From Malacoraja senta (taxonomy: Eukaryota), in contig JAXLNO010000054.1 in NCBI GenBank assembly GCA_038087875.1, positions 1 to 33,730 on the forward strand: a stretch of 33,730 nucleotides of DNA, given 5' to 3'. The translations under genes were made by a program, and so were the position numbers. The notes under the pieces were generated by a model. That model made no database searches and was not told the DNA's origin. It saw only the letters and a list, made by a program, of their open reading frames with translations. Within the stretch, counting starts at the first letter, position 1; each line of letters begins with the position of its first letter. Of this stretch, positions 11,976 to 24,246 are shown piece after piece.

Positions 11976-13290
11976 GTAACATCAAATGAAAATAGAATAT
12001 TCAGTCCAAAAGAGTACGTACTTGCACCAGTGAATAAAGAGTCTCCAATTGCTGTTGTACCAACTGAATTACATGAGGAGTCCGAACAGTTTATTCAAAG
12101 TGATATGGTGGAACCTGGGCTTGAAACTTCACCGAATGATGGAGTGCCTCAAACCTCTAATCCAAGCCAGAAGGAAATATGTTTACTTGATATAACATTT
12201 GAGGATTTTCTCCAAGAGCAATTAGAACCTGTTGCTGCCATTGAAGCAGTTAAACAAACCACAATATTGGACGAGGCTCTGAAGGAAATAGGGTCAGAGC
12301 TATCAAACATGAAGAAAAACACAGCTTTTGACAAAGATGAATATGATTTCAGTATTCCTTCAACAGCATCTGGGGGTGCTCAGGATAAAGCATCAGAAGG
12401 CAAATACTTTTCACAAATGGATTATCTGGAACACGTACACTCTGATCCATATATTAAAGTTGTGTCAGATAGTAAGTCTTCAGGGCCACATGCAAATATT
12501 TATGGCCATGTGTCTGATTCAAATCTAAATATAGGTGGGTATACATCCAACGTTGAACTTGCTGGGCCACTGTGGAATATTCATGGACATGCTTCACAAT
12601 CTAACATAAAGGTTGGTGATTATCTTTCTAACGTTGAACCTTCTAGACCACGATGGAACATTCATGGACATGTATCACAAGCCAGCATACAGGTTGGTGA
12701 ATATGTTTCAGATGTAGAGCAATCTTGGCCAAAAGCAAACATTCATGGACATCCATCACAGACCAATATACAAATTGGTGATGATGTTTCCAGTGTGGAA
12801 TCATGTAGATCAAGATGGAATATCCATGGACATGTGCCACCAGCCAATGCTACACTTGGTAAAAATGGATCCAGTACAGATCCATGTGGGCCGCAGTTGC
12901 AATTTCCTGGTAAATCATCACCCACTTTGCCTAAAATCGATGCAGAATCTCCTTCACTTGATTGGATATCTTTGGGGCATCCTTCTCAATCAAATATCAG
13001 AATAGGTGAATGGACACCAAAAGTGGAAGCAAATTTGATCCCAAGGCTGAAATCAACTGCTGGTCATTCATCTGATTCCACCATTCAAGACATAATATAC
13101 AATAAACAGTCACCATCAGAAATAGTGGTGCCTAATGCATCTGATGAAAATCTGAATGCTGAAACTGTACATCCCCCCATTTCGAAAGAAGAAATGAACA
13201 TCGCTGAAGAATCCAAATTGATTACAGATCTTCCAAGTCCAGAACCTGAGCTAAATGGAAATGAAAACAAAAGTCAGGGTGAATCACAAG
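11976..13290 (+). CDS. TUBGCP6: TUBGCP6 large exon (about human exon 16) with the 27-aa repeat region
   Basis: tttcag/gtgaga, 1315 nt open frame (ORF 11952-13304); RPRWNIHGHVS repeats characteristic of GCP6. Confidence 0.93.
12480..12884 (+). repeat. Five 81-bp (27-aa) coding tandem repeats of GCP6
   Basis: Units start at 12480, 12561, 12642, 12723 and 12804, each with (W/A)NI(H/Y)GH; degenerate units follow (WISLGHPSQSNIRIGE, STAGHSSDSTI). Confidence 0.9.
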
Positions 13291-13417
13291 GTGAGAAATG
13301 CTAGGCTTTTGCAGGATTGTTCTTTTTTTCATGAATGGAAGCTTTTTTTCATAACAAATGCATTAATTGACAAAATATATTAACATATTGTAGTACACGC
13401 CGTCTTAATGTAATTAA

Positions 13418-13770
13418 CACGGAACATAAAACAGTACAGCACATGAACAGACCCTTTGGCCCCCAATGTCCTTGCTGAACCTGATGTCCATCTCTTATCT
13501 ACCTGCACATAATCCAAATCACTCAATTTCTGCATGTCCCTATGCCTATCCAAAAGTCTCCTAAATGCAACTATTGTATCTGCCTCAGACATGGCTCCAC
13601 TCCTTTAAACTTTGTCCCTCTCACCCTAAAGCTAGTAAAGCTAGCAACCTGTAGTATTTGATTTTTTACATCCTGGGAATAAAAGGTTCTAACTCTACCT
13701 TATCTATGTCTCTCATAATGTTATATACTTCTATCAGTTCTCTCCTCAACCTCTGGCAGTCCAGAGAAAT
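13418..13770 (-). mobile_element. Degraded CR1 3' fragment
   Basis: Minus-strand translation ADTIVAFRRLLDRH resembles the CR1 ORF2 C-terminus, followed by a CR1-type 3' UTR. Confidence 0.55.
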
Positions 13771-13840
13771 TCCAGAGATATTTAGATATTTAGATATTTA
13801 ACGACATTTTATATAGTTACCAATTCATTATCTTTTGTAG

Positions 13841-13926
13841 ATAACTATGAAAAAGACACCATTAATGAACATCCACAAAAAGCAGCATCCACTCCCACTC
13901 TTCAAACCACAGGCTTTCAAGATGAG
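13841..13926 (+). CDS. TUBGCP6: TUBGCP6 small exon: (D)NYEKDTINEHPQKAASTPTLQTTGFQDE
   Basis: ttttgtag/gtattt, 86 nt; bridges the phase-1 end of the large exon to the phase-0 start of the next exon. Confidence 0.75.
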
Positions 13927-14060
13927 GTATTTTATTTTAAATACAAAATTCATTTAATGTAATCGATAGAGAAAGTCATTCGTGACTCAAATATGCTTGT
14001 TTGAAGTTTGTGATGTGGTATAATAATGGCATTACTAAACTGTTTAGATGGGGGATTTTA

Positions 14061-14234
14061 GGGCGGTCACGGTGGTGCAGCGGTGGAGTTGCTGCCTTAC
14101 AGCGAATGCAGCGCCGGAGACCCGGGTTCGATCCTGACTACGGGTGCTGTCTGTACAGAATTTGTACGTTCTCCCCGTGACTTGCGTGGGTTTTCTCTGA
14201 GATCTTCGGTTTCCTCCCACACTGCAAAGACGTA
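14061..14234 (+). mobile_element. tRNA-derived V-SINE (HE1-like), 5' half
   Basis: Pol III A box TGGTGCAGCGG at 14073-14083, B box GGTTCGATCC at 14125-14134; V-domain-like GTTCTCCCCGTG..GCGTGGGTTT..GGTTTCCTCCCAC. Confidence 0.85.
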
Positions 14235-16580
14235 TTGAGTAATGAGGAAGGGTTAGTTAGCAGTCTTGTTGTGCGTGCCCCCTTGAGCAAGAGTGACCAT
14301 AATATGGTCGAGTTCTTCATTAGGATGGAGAGTGACATTGTTAATTCAGAAACAACGGTTCTGAACTTAAAGAGAGGTAACTTTGAGGGTATGAGACGTG
14401 AATTGGCCAAGATTGACTGGCAATTAGTTCTAAAAGGGTTGACGGTGGATATGCAATGGAAGGCATTTAAAGACTGCATGGATGAACTACAAAAATTGTT
14501 CATCCCAGTTTGGCAAAAGAATAAATCAGGGAAGGTAATGCATCCGTGGATAACAAGGGAAATCAGGGATAGTATCAAAGCAAAAGATGATGCGTACAAA
14601 TTAGCCAGAAAAAGCAGCATACCAGAGGACTGGGAGAAATTCAGAGACCAGCAGAGGAGGACAAAGGGCTTAATTAGGAAAGGGAAAATAGATTATGAAA
14701 GAAAACTGGCAGGGAACATAAAAAATTACTGCAAAAGTTTTTATAGATATGTGAAGAGAAAGAGATTAGTTAAAACAAATGTAGGTCCCTTGCAGTCAGA
14801 AACAGGTGAATTGATCATGGGGAACAAGGATATGGCGGACCAATTGAATAACTACTTTGGTTCCGTCTTCACTGTGGAAAACATAAATAATCTGCCGGAA
14901 ATAGCAGGGGACCGCGGGTCAAAGGAGATGGAGGAACTGAGTGAAATCCAGGTTAGTCGGGAAGTGGTGTTGGGTAAATTGAATGGATTAAAGGCCGATA
15001 AATCACCAGGGCCAGATAGGCTGCATCCCAGAGTACTTAAGGAAGTAGCTCCAGAAATAGTGGATGCATTTGTGATAATTTTTCAAAACTCTTTAGATTC
15101 TGGAGTAGTTCCTGAGGATTGGAGGGTAGCAAACGTAACCCCACTTTTTAAGAAGGGAGGGAGAGAGAAAATGGGGAATTACAGACCAGTTAGTCTAACA
15201 TCGGTAGTGGGGAAACTGCTAGAGTCAGTTATTAAAGATGGGATAGCAGCACATTTGGAAAGTGGTGAAATCATTGGACAAGGTCAGCATGGATTTACGA
15301 AAGGTAAATCATGTCTGACGAATCTTATAGAATTTTTCGAGGATGTAACTAGTAGAGTGGATTAGGGAGAACCAGTGGATGTGTTATATCTGGACTTTCA
15401 GAAGGCTTTCAACAAGGTCCCACATAAGAGATTAGTATACAAACTTAAAGCACACGGTATTGGGGGTTCAGTATTGATGTGGATAGAGAACTGGCTGGCA
15501 AACAGGAAGCAAAGAGTAGGAGTAAACTGGTCCTTTTCACAATGGCAGGGAGTGACTAGTGGGGTACCGCAAGGCTCAGTGCTGGGACCCCAGCTATTTA
15601 CAATTTATATTAATGAACTGGATGAGGGAATTGAAGGCAACATCTCCAAGTTTGCGGATGACACTAAGCTGGGGGGCAGTGTTAGCTGTGAGGATGATGC
15701 TAGGAGACTGCAAGGTGACTTGGATAGGCTGGGTGAGTGGGCAAATGTTTGGCAGATGCAGTATAATGTGGATAAATGTGAGGTTATCCACTTTGGTGGC
15801 AAAAACAGGAAAGCAGACTATTATCTAAATGGTGGCCGATTAGGAAAAGGGGAGATGCAGCGAGACCTGGGTGTCATGGTACACCAGTCATTGAAAGTAG
15901 GCATGCAGGTGCAGCAGGCAGTGAAGAAAGCGAATGGTATGTTAGCTTTCATAGCAAAAGGATTTGGGTATAGGAGCAGGGAGGTTCTACTGCAGTTGTA
16001 CAGGGTCTTGGTGAGACCACACCTGGAGTATTGCATACAGTTTTGGTCTCCAAATCTGAGGAAGGACATTATAGCCATAGAGGGAGTGCAGAGACGGTTC
16101 ACGAGACTGATTCCTGGGATGTAAGGACTTTCATATGAAGAAAGACTGGATAGACTTGGCTTATACTCGCTAGAATTTATGAGATTGAGAGGGGATCTTA
16201 TAGAAACGTACAAAATTCTTATGGGGTTGGACAGGCTAGATGCAGGAAGATTGTTCCCGATGTTGGGGAAGTCCAGGACAAGGGGTCACAGCTTAAGGAT
16301 AAGGGGGAAATCCTTTAAGACCGAGATGAGGAAAAACTTTTTCACACAGAGAGTGGTGAATCTCTGGAACTCTCTGCCACAGAGGGTAGTTGAGGCCAGT
16401 TCATTGGCTATATTTAAGAGGGAGTTAGATGTGGCCCTTGTGGCTAAAGGGATCAGGGGGTATGGAGAGAAGGCGGGTACGGGATACTGAGTTGGATGAT
16501 CAGCCATGATCATATTGAATGGCGGTACAGGCTCAAAGGGACGAATGGCCTACTCCTGCACCTATTTTCTATGTATCTAT
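14235..16580 (+). mobile_element. Young 5'-truncated CR1 LINE (ORF2 from the end of EN through RT, plus 3' UTR)
   Basis: ORFs 14235-15365, 15375-16124 and 16179-16490 lie in one frame separated by two stops; motifs SDHN, PGPD, NYRPVSLTS, GVPQGSVLGP, KFADDTKL; TCTATGTA-type tail. Confidence 0.95.
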
Positions 16581-16714
16581 GTACAGGTTTGTAGGTTAGT
16601 TGGCTTGGTGTAAATGTAAAAATTGTCCCTAGTGGATGTAGGATAGTATTAATGTGCGGGGATCGCTGGTTGGTGCGTACCCGGTGGGCCGAAGGGCCTG
16701 TCTCTAAAACTAAA
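16581..16714 (+). mobile_element. V-SINE 3' half, continuing 14061-14234
   Basis: ...AAAGACGTA|CAGGTTTGTAGGTTA.. rejoins across the CR1; ends in the CR1-derived tail GGGCCGAAGGGCCTGT and CTAAA repeats. Confidence 0.8.
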
Positions 16715-17185
16715 GGGGCTGTGTCTCTAAAACTAAAAAAAACATGGTGGTGGGGAGAGGAAACCTGGAGGAAGGAATTTTGCACATCCCTCTTAGTTGG
16801 GAATGCCGTCAAGCAGTAATGAGAATTTGCAAGGTTTGAATTGTCGAGGATTTGCATTAGCGAGGCCAGAAGAGAATAGGAGCTAGAGTGGACACATTAC
16901 TGAAACATGATTGATAGTTAACCAGGATAATCACTCCAGCTAATGGTGGGACAAAAATGGGACAATGGGACATAACTATTTCATTCTCTCTTCATTCATG
17001 AGATAATATCATGAAATTTCTCTCTGGAAAGAGCAACATTCAGTCGGAGCACAGCAATGGTTGAAGAAAGCCTATTAATATCTTCTTGGACCGACGAAGG
17101 ACCGTGACCAGGAAACAAATTATTCTTTGGAAAATATAGATATTCATAGTGTGATTATAGTTTGTGTGCTATAATTGGCATAAAA

Positions 17186-17208
17186 ATATATATATATATA
17201 TATATATA
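17186..17208. repeat. (TA)n microsatellite
   Basis: About 11 consecutive AT units, read directly. Confidence 0.9.
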
Positions 17209-17721
17209 AGAAATGCTGATGGGCTAGAATACCTGACTGGGTGGGGGTGAAGGTTTTTCCTTTTAATCGTTTAATAAACTGAGTATTTTATAGAGCAACT
17301 TCTGGGAGAACCTATGAAGTGAGACTTGGTTTGTGCCCCATGTGAGTTTATACATCATTCCATCACTTCAAGGACACTAACTAAAAGACAACTGTAAGAA
17401 TTGAATTTCCTCTTGACAAAAATATATCCCAGACCTCTAGATTACTTAGCTAGAAACATTTTTATTTTTGTTTTGCTCATGATTACAATATGTGATTTAA
17501 TTATTTATGGTGTGTTATTATGTTTTAATTTTCCATGTCAAAGCAAGTTGTCAGCATGTACTTGAGATCTTTCTCATCCAAATAATTTCCAGATCTGTAA
17601 ATGATAGATTATGCTTAAATTTTCTTATTGCATTAAAAAAAAAAATTAATTTTGCATTTATTCCTGGGCATCTTACGTAGTAATGACTCTGACAAGTAGT
17701 TTATGTTTACCTGTGCTATAG

Positions 17722-17950
17722 AAGAAAGATCCTTTTGAACCACAAAAGGATTGTTTTCAAGGTAGAAATGCACATGGCGATCAATCAGAAGATCTAAAGC
17801 ATGCAGCTACTGACCTTTCGAGTGTGCAAGTGGGTCCTACGCAAGAAAATGCTGTTGAACTTTCTTTATTGGACAAGGAACAGGCTTACCTCAAAAGTCT
17901 GGCAGACCAATACTGTGTAGAACACTACCAGGACAACTATGAACTGATGT
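17722..17950 (+). CDS. TUBGCP6: TUBGCP6 exon: KKDPFEPQ...KEQAYLKSLADQYCVEHYQDNYELM(S)
   Basis: ctatag/gtaagc, 229 nt open; C-terminal part resembles human EQAYLAGLAGQYHLERYPDSYESMS. The 5' boundary is less certain (TAGAAG tandem acceptor). Confidence 0.85.
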
Positions 17951-18404
17951 GTAAGCATGCAATATTTATGGGAATTTAGCAATGGTAACAATTCAATTCT
18001 TAGCATTGGAATCATGATTTAAAAAAAAAGATTATTACAAAATTGTAACATTTACTGATGAAGAATATTGATGGCATTTCTCTTTTATATCTGCTCTTGT
18101 AATATCTCTGCTCTGGTCCTCTGGTTGAAAGTTTTAGTGTCATTACTAGCTCAAAACGTGCATCAATGTAAAAGTATTTCTCTCAAATGTTGAACTGAGT
18201 GTTTTAACCATTACCAATATACACAAATGGTCACTACTCAGGACATGAGAAATAATACCTCTGGTGTTAATGCATTTGAGAAGCTGTTGTAGCTAGAGGA
18301 GAAATACAGTAGGAACTCAGAAAATAAGTTAGTAACTTTGTTACCAGTGACTAATCACAGAAATGCTATAAAATTAATGTATAAAGTAACATGAGCATGT
18401 CATA

Positions 18405-18870
18405 TTCATGTCATAGGAGCAGAATTAGGCCAAACAGCCCATTGAGTCTACTTTGCCATTCAATCATGGCTGATTTATTTTTCCCTCTTAACTCCATTCT
18501 CCTACCTTCTCAGCAGAACCTCAACACCCTTACTAAACAAGAACCTGTCAATCTCCACTTTAAAAATACCTAAAGACGTGGCTTCCACAGCCATCTGTGA
18601 CAATGAATTCCACAGAGTCACCACTCTCCAACTAAAGAAATTCCTCCAACTCCTTTCTAAAGGTACGTCCATTTATTGTGAGGCTGGGCCCTCTGGTCCT
18701 AGACTCTCCCACTAGTGGAATCATCATCTCCACATCCACTCTCTACAGGTCTTTCATTTTGATCAGTTTCAATGAGATTCCCCCACCCCCCCAGCATCCT
18801 TCTAAACTCCAACAAATACAGGCCCAAAGCTGGCAAACGCTAATCGTACGTTAACCTAATCATCCCTGGA
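18405..18870 (-). mobile_element. Degraded CR1 3' fragment
   Basis: Collinear with 9425-9880 (caatcatggctgat, gaattccacaga, ggccctctggtcctagact, tttcaatgagattcc, atccttctaaactcca). Confidence 0.75.
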
Positions 18871-19181
18871 ATTCAAAAGTCCTTTATTTTTAATTTGCAT
18901 TATGTTTCTGAACCACCTCCTCTCCTTGAATATTCTAAGGTATCTCATATCCTGCTAGGGTGATGTAAGAGTTTGTGTGCAAATCTATTGAGTTCCCACC
19001 AGCAGTGTGATGCTGCTCTCAAGGGGACAGTTGGATGGAAATAACTTTAGAAAGCTTGCCATTAGTTTTCTAACTTATTCTCAAATTGAGTTTGTTTTTA
19101 TTTTGGAGAAGATGTATAATTGGTGAAATAGTCTTTTTTTCTTGACAGTCTTAATATTCTGTACTTTATTTACTGCTCCAG

Positions 19182-19350
19182 CTGAGCCTCCCATCTCGCA
19201 TCTGCTTCAGAATATAGTAACTGAGCCCTGTTTACCACCCTTGGATCCTTCTGTTCGTAGAGCAACAGATGCAACAGCAGTACAAGCAAGCAGCCTAGTC
19301 TCACTTCCAGTACTGATGAAACACTCCATAACGGCACCTCTTATAGCTCA
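19182..19350 (+). CDS. TUBGCP6: TUBGCP6 exon: EPPISHLLQ...SLPVLMKHSITAPLIA(H)
   Basis: ctccag/gtaagt, 169 nt; matches human EPPIAHLL..LPVLMKRSITAPLAAH. Confidence 0.95.
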
Positions 19351-19744
19351 GTAAGTATTTATTGAAACTGCCATTGCTGTCTTAATTTCAGTTTAGGGCA
19401 GATAAAGCCCTGGCTCAAGAAACAATTTTTCTGTTTCTGACATGGACACTTTTCACTGATCCATTCGATATAAATCTGACCATTTTATTTACAGAGTTAG
19501 AGGTAAGTAAAATAAATAGAGGAGAAAAGAGTAATCACACTACAGATACAAATATTACTTAATGCACCTGACAAAGTTTGAAATTTTTCAGAGTAGGATT
19601 ACTGTCTATGTGGATTTTTATTTTTTTTAACTAATAAGGTTCTGTCCGCATCAAAATAACTAGAATACTAAAATACTGTGAATTCAATCTTTAATTTTTA
19701 AACAAAATTTGAGATATTGCATTTAAGTAACTCTCTCTTTTCAG

Positions 19745-19886
19745 TGCTTCTCTGGTAAATAAAGCCATAATTGATTATTTATTTGTGGAACTGAACATTG
19801 AACAGAACTTTGAAGCGTTAAGACATTTCCTTTTGATGGAAGATGGAGAGTTTGCTCAATCACTTAGTGATCTGCTCTTTGAAAAG
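19745..19886 (+). CDS. TUBGCP6: TUBGCP6 exon: ASLVNKAIIDYLFVELNIEQNFEALRHFLLMEDGEFAQSLSDLLFEK
   Basis: ttttcag/gtaaat, 142 nt; GRIP2-domain motif LRHFLLMEDGEF. Confidence 0.96.
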
Positions 19887-21463
19887 GTAAATTTGATTTC
19901 CTAGGCTACACTTCACACATCCATCAGAATTGCACCTGGGTGAAATGCAGAAAACATTTTACAAAAACCATTAGGTTTAACATTTTATTGAGATATTGAT
20001 GTTCATATTTATTTGAAGCTCAATTTTTCAAACTGTTAAATCACTTATTATGGAGTACTTAGTTTTCTACAGGATTGTTTTATTAATAAATCTTAATAAA
20101 ACAGCAAGATTTTTCTGCTTTGTGTAAAAAAAATCGGAAACCAGAACTGTGGAGCTGACGGATTAATTGACCCAGGTTTAGCGAGTTATTCTTTAATTCC
20201 AATAGAAAGCTCACTTGCAATATAAAAAACTAACCGATGTCAATTAAAGAAGGTTTAAGTATTCCTGTTAATTTGTTTATAGTTAATACGAAATCAAAGA
20301 CTGTGATGGTAATGATGAGCTGTTTTCCATGTTCTCTTAGAAGTTAATTAAATAGGTAAATTAACTGTCATGGCAGTTTTTTGAACAAATTAATTAACTA
20401 AATTGTCATGGCAGTTTTCGTTCTCTTTGGGTGTGAACAGTGACAATAATGCAAGGAATTAATGACCATGCCCTTCCATGATTTTTTTTTTTGCCACTGA
20501 GATTCAGAATTATTGAAATATGCAAGAGCTTTATGAAGTCCAGAATGTTAGAAAGCAGTAATCATTTTAACAAAATCCTTCAAATGCATGAGAATATCTT
20601 TATTTTGCAGCACAGTGTAGTATACTCCTTTGAGGTGAGTTCTATTCCTATTGTCATTTTGTCTATTTACATCATTGGGAAATCAACTTACAGATTTGAA
20701 TCAATGTCTTACCTTTCTTATTATTTCCAGGCGTCATCTTATTAGAAAGTGAAAAAATTAATATCTAGCCACGGCCACACATTATTGTTGTAGATTCCTT
20801 CAAGCTAGAGTGATTGCATTTGTTCCTCAAGTGCTCTCAATCTGCTAGTGAGCAGCACCTGGTATGGCTATAGGGCCCCACATGGAGTGGCAGTACCTGT
20901 TGAGTCCCAGAACTTGAAGTGGACAGTGGTACATCCTGTAGCTATAGTGTATGCATCTCATTACATTCTTTTGGGAGGCTTTCCAAAATTTGTGGTTGCA
21001 TTGTGATCCCGAGCTTGGATTTCTTGAGTAATATCATTGTTACAGTGACTACTAGTCTCTTCATGCTATACTACCACACAAGTCGATGTGGGATCTGCGA
21101 TGTCCCTACGGAAGTAAGACTTAATGACCCCTTGAGGAAATTGCTAATGCCACTGAACTCATATTTCTTAGTACACACATAAATGTGAAGTAAAACACCC
21201 AAGTCCATACACATGCAAGGCTAATTCATAAACTAAGTTCCCAGCGTGGTGCAAAGTTGCATTTTTTATTCTTTCACTGGAACTGTAAGGAAACATAAGC
21301 AGGTGTTTCTTCAACTCGATGCAGCCCAAATCACAGAACATTCTTCATTCACTTGCTTGACGTTTTTTCATTTCTACAATAGTTTCCTATACTTCAGTGT
21401 CTGAGATTAGCGATTAGTCGGTTTCTAGAACTAGATTTAAACGGGTCCCAGCACTGACTGGTA

Positions 21464-22591
21464 CAGTAAACCCTCGTTTTAAGAGACCCCTTTATAACCA
21501 ATTTTGGTTATAACGGACAGACCTGAGCTCCCACTGCCTCCTTGGCCTCTTACAGCCCTGCTGCCCTTACAGTCCGGTTATTGTGGCTCAAGTTGTAGCC
21601 CCTGGGGACTGCACTTTATTCAGGCTGCTGCCAATGACAAGGACCACTTGTCCCTCCCCTATCACCAGCTGCCACTTCTTTGTGTTGTCCGTCACTTTGT
21701 CCGCTTCCCTCTCCACTGCCATGCCATCCTCCTTATCCCATCACTTTGTCCACTCCGCCATTGCCTCCTCCTTTTCGCCTGGAATCGCCACCATCTTCCA
21801 AGGTGGAGTGCGTCGGAGGAGGAGTAGGTAGCGGGGGGGGGGGGGGGGTGGAGAGGCCGCCAAGGTGCACAGCAAGCTCTTCTTCACCAGCTGCCCACAG
21901 TCCAGTTAACGTGGCTGTTGTTGCAGTCCACATTGTAGCCCCCGAAATGACGGGCTCGGTCACCGTGTGTCTCCCTCCCCTGTCGTTTCATCCTTCGGTC
22001 GTCACTTTGTCTGCTTCACTGCCTTTCCCCTCTCCACCGGAGTTCCCGACATCCCCCACCTTGGAACATGTCGGCGACTGCGGGGGACAAGGAGAAGAGG
22101 GTGGCGGTGGAGGAGCGAGCGACAGAGTAGACAAAGCGACGGGAGGAGTCAGCTGTGGTGGAGTGGGGAGCAGACAAAGTGATGGCCAACAGGAAAGAAG
22201 TACAGGTGGTAAGAGGGAAGGGAGCCCCACGGTGACCAGCCGTGTCAGCTGGACCGTGCGGCAGCTGGTGAAGAAGGGCTCGCTGGTATAGACCAGCAGT
22301 ATCAGCGCCTAGTTTTAACGTGAAGCAGCACAATGTACTGGATTAACTCAGCAGACTGAATCAGTCGGAAAAAGGGTCCCAACCCAAAAGTTCACCTATC
22401 CATTTTCTCCAGAGATGCACCCTGACCTGAGTTACTCCAGCACCTTGTGTCCTTTTGTGTATTAACCAGCATCTGTATTTCTTTGTTTCTACGACATACA
22501 ATAATAATCCCTTGCTCATTTATAGCGGACAATCAGCAATAATGGACACCACTTCCCCCTCCCCATTGTCTGTTTTAACGAGGATTTACTG
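21464..22591. mobile_element. Non-autonomous Tc1/mariner-pogo (Tigger-like) DNA transposon
   Basis: Imperfect 24-bp TIRs CAGTAAACCCTCGTTTTAAGAGAC / GTCTGTTTTAACGAGGATTTACTG, flanked by TA at 21462-21463 and 22592-22593; GC-rich interior, no transposase. Confidence 0.8.
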
Positions 22592-22839
22592 TATCTAATT
22601 AATTGTTGCAGAATTGCCCAATCAAATAAAAATCTTTTCCATTTTATGTTTGCCAGCTGGATTCAATTGTACATATGTTAAAAGTGATCATTTTGAACAA
22701 ATTAATCAACTAAATTCTGAAAGCATTCAATGGAGTACTGCTTCCTGTTCTTATTTTACTTAATAAATGTAACTTTATTCTTGTGTACTGAAAAATCCCA
22801 TTGTAATGTGTATTGAACTGGTGCTTCTTCTTTTAATAG

Positions 22840-23034
22840 CTTGGATCCGGACAGACACCAGGAGAACTTTTGAATCCTTTAGTTCTCAATTCAATTTTGA
22901 ACAAAGCTTTGCAGTATAGCCTTCATGGAGACTCTAAGATGGCTTCTAATTTGACTTTTGCCCTCAAATATCTGCCAGAAATATTCAAACCCAATGCACC
23001 TGATGCCTTGAACTGCTTGGAACTCAGATACAAG
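22840..23034 (+). CDS. TUBGCP6: TUBGCP6 exon: LGSGQTPGELLNPLVLNSILNKALQYSLHGD...CLELRYK
   Basis: taatag/gtcaca, 195 nt; closely similar to human GCP6. Confidence 0.96.
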
Positions 23035-24246
23035 GTCACAACTCTTTCTTGCAAAATAAATATCTTTTGTAGTTTTTATATTTTCTTTTCGGAAAGTTAT
23101 TTAAATGATTTAATACATGTTCATTGAGACAATTTGACTGTCTCGGTTGCTAACTGACTAGGTTGCTAACAGATACAGAGTGAAATGATGGGAAATAATT
23201 TACTTTAGTGAAACTATAGAGAAAGAACAAAATAACATGGAACAATGTTTCAAAATGAATGGGACTTCTTGGGGGAAGGAGAGAACCGACTCAATATCAA
23301 TGTAACTGGTAATCAAAATAGAGAGTAAAAGAAAATAGTCATACACAATACTGACAGGGTGTAGAGTTATACGACACAAACAGGTCCTTCTGCCCAACTC
23401 TTCCATAATGACCAAGATGCCCAACTGATCATTTTGACAGTTCATGATGCTGTGCTGTTGTGATTATTGTACTGTTGGGAACAATATTATTACTGTTGGG
23501 AAAATAAGACACCGAGATAAGAGTATGGTGTAGAAATTAGTTTTATCATGTTGGAAAAATTGAAGAATTTAGTTTACTCTTGTCAAAAGCTGTAGCCGAA
23601 GTTTCCAAAGCAGTTTATTCAGACATAGGTAATCACTTCTGGCATGATCAGTTCTTCACTTTTTCACAAAAACAATGTTTCTTGGTGCTAAGATTGGAAG
23701 ACATTTTGTCAGTTTGGAGTTCTTTGGGGATACTGGATTGGAATGTGTCAGTCAAAATGTATGCAAATGTATATGAAGTGCATTTTTAAGTCATATGATT
23801 AAATCAAATAATGAATATGATTTCAATGGATAACTGGAATGAATACTGGTTACATTGGGAAGATGGGGATTGAGATCAAAGAGTGGACGTTAAATTAATT
23901 CATGATTTTTATCATGTTAAAGAAAATTATATGTTGGTGAAAGTAGAAATTACTGGATATTGGGAAGCAACTATATTGTTATCATTGTAGTTGTCCCCTT
24001 TTAATTTTTGTACTGTCCAAAAATGTTATGACATGTTTCTCTCTAGTCACTCGTTAACTGATTTTTTTTTCCCAAATGGAACTTAATTTGTTCCCAAATG
24101 TTGTAAAAACTCATTGTAACAATAAATGTTTGTATTTAAATAGTAAACGAGAACTACAATTATGAAAGTTGCACCACAATGTTATCATGAATGCAGTATT
24201 GTACAATTTCACATGCATTTTATTGCTTTTCTAATTTTTTTTGTAG

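Noticed and set aside
12480..12884. Regularly spaced repeats as a CRISPR-like array
   Set aside because: They are in-frame coding repeats of GCP6 with no repeat-spacer structure, in a eukaryotic gene.
14061..14140. tRNA gene
   Set aside because: The A/B boxes continue into V-SINE body and tail; this is a SINE head.
3469..16490. Multiple reverse transcriptases as a novel retron- or DGR-like system
   Set aside because: All RT pieces are ordinary disrupted L1 or CR1 ORF2 copies inside introns.
20076..20103. 11-bp AT-rich inverted repeat
   Set aside because: Plausible by chance in AT-rich intron sequence.
21504..22333. Pro/Gly/Ser-rich ORFs up to 203 aa, and similar ORFs at 26757-27577
   Set aside because: They lie in a non-autonomous transposon interior; frames differ between the two copies and there is no transposase signature.
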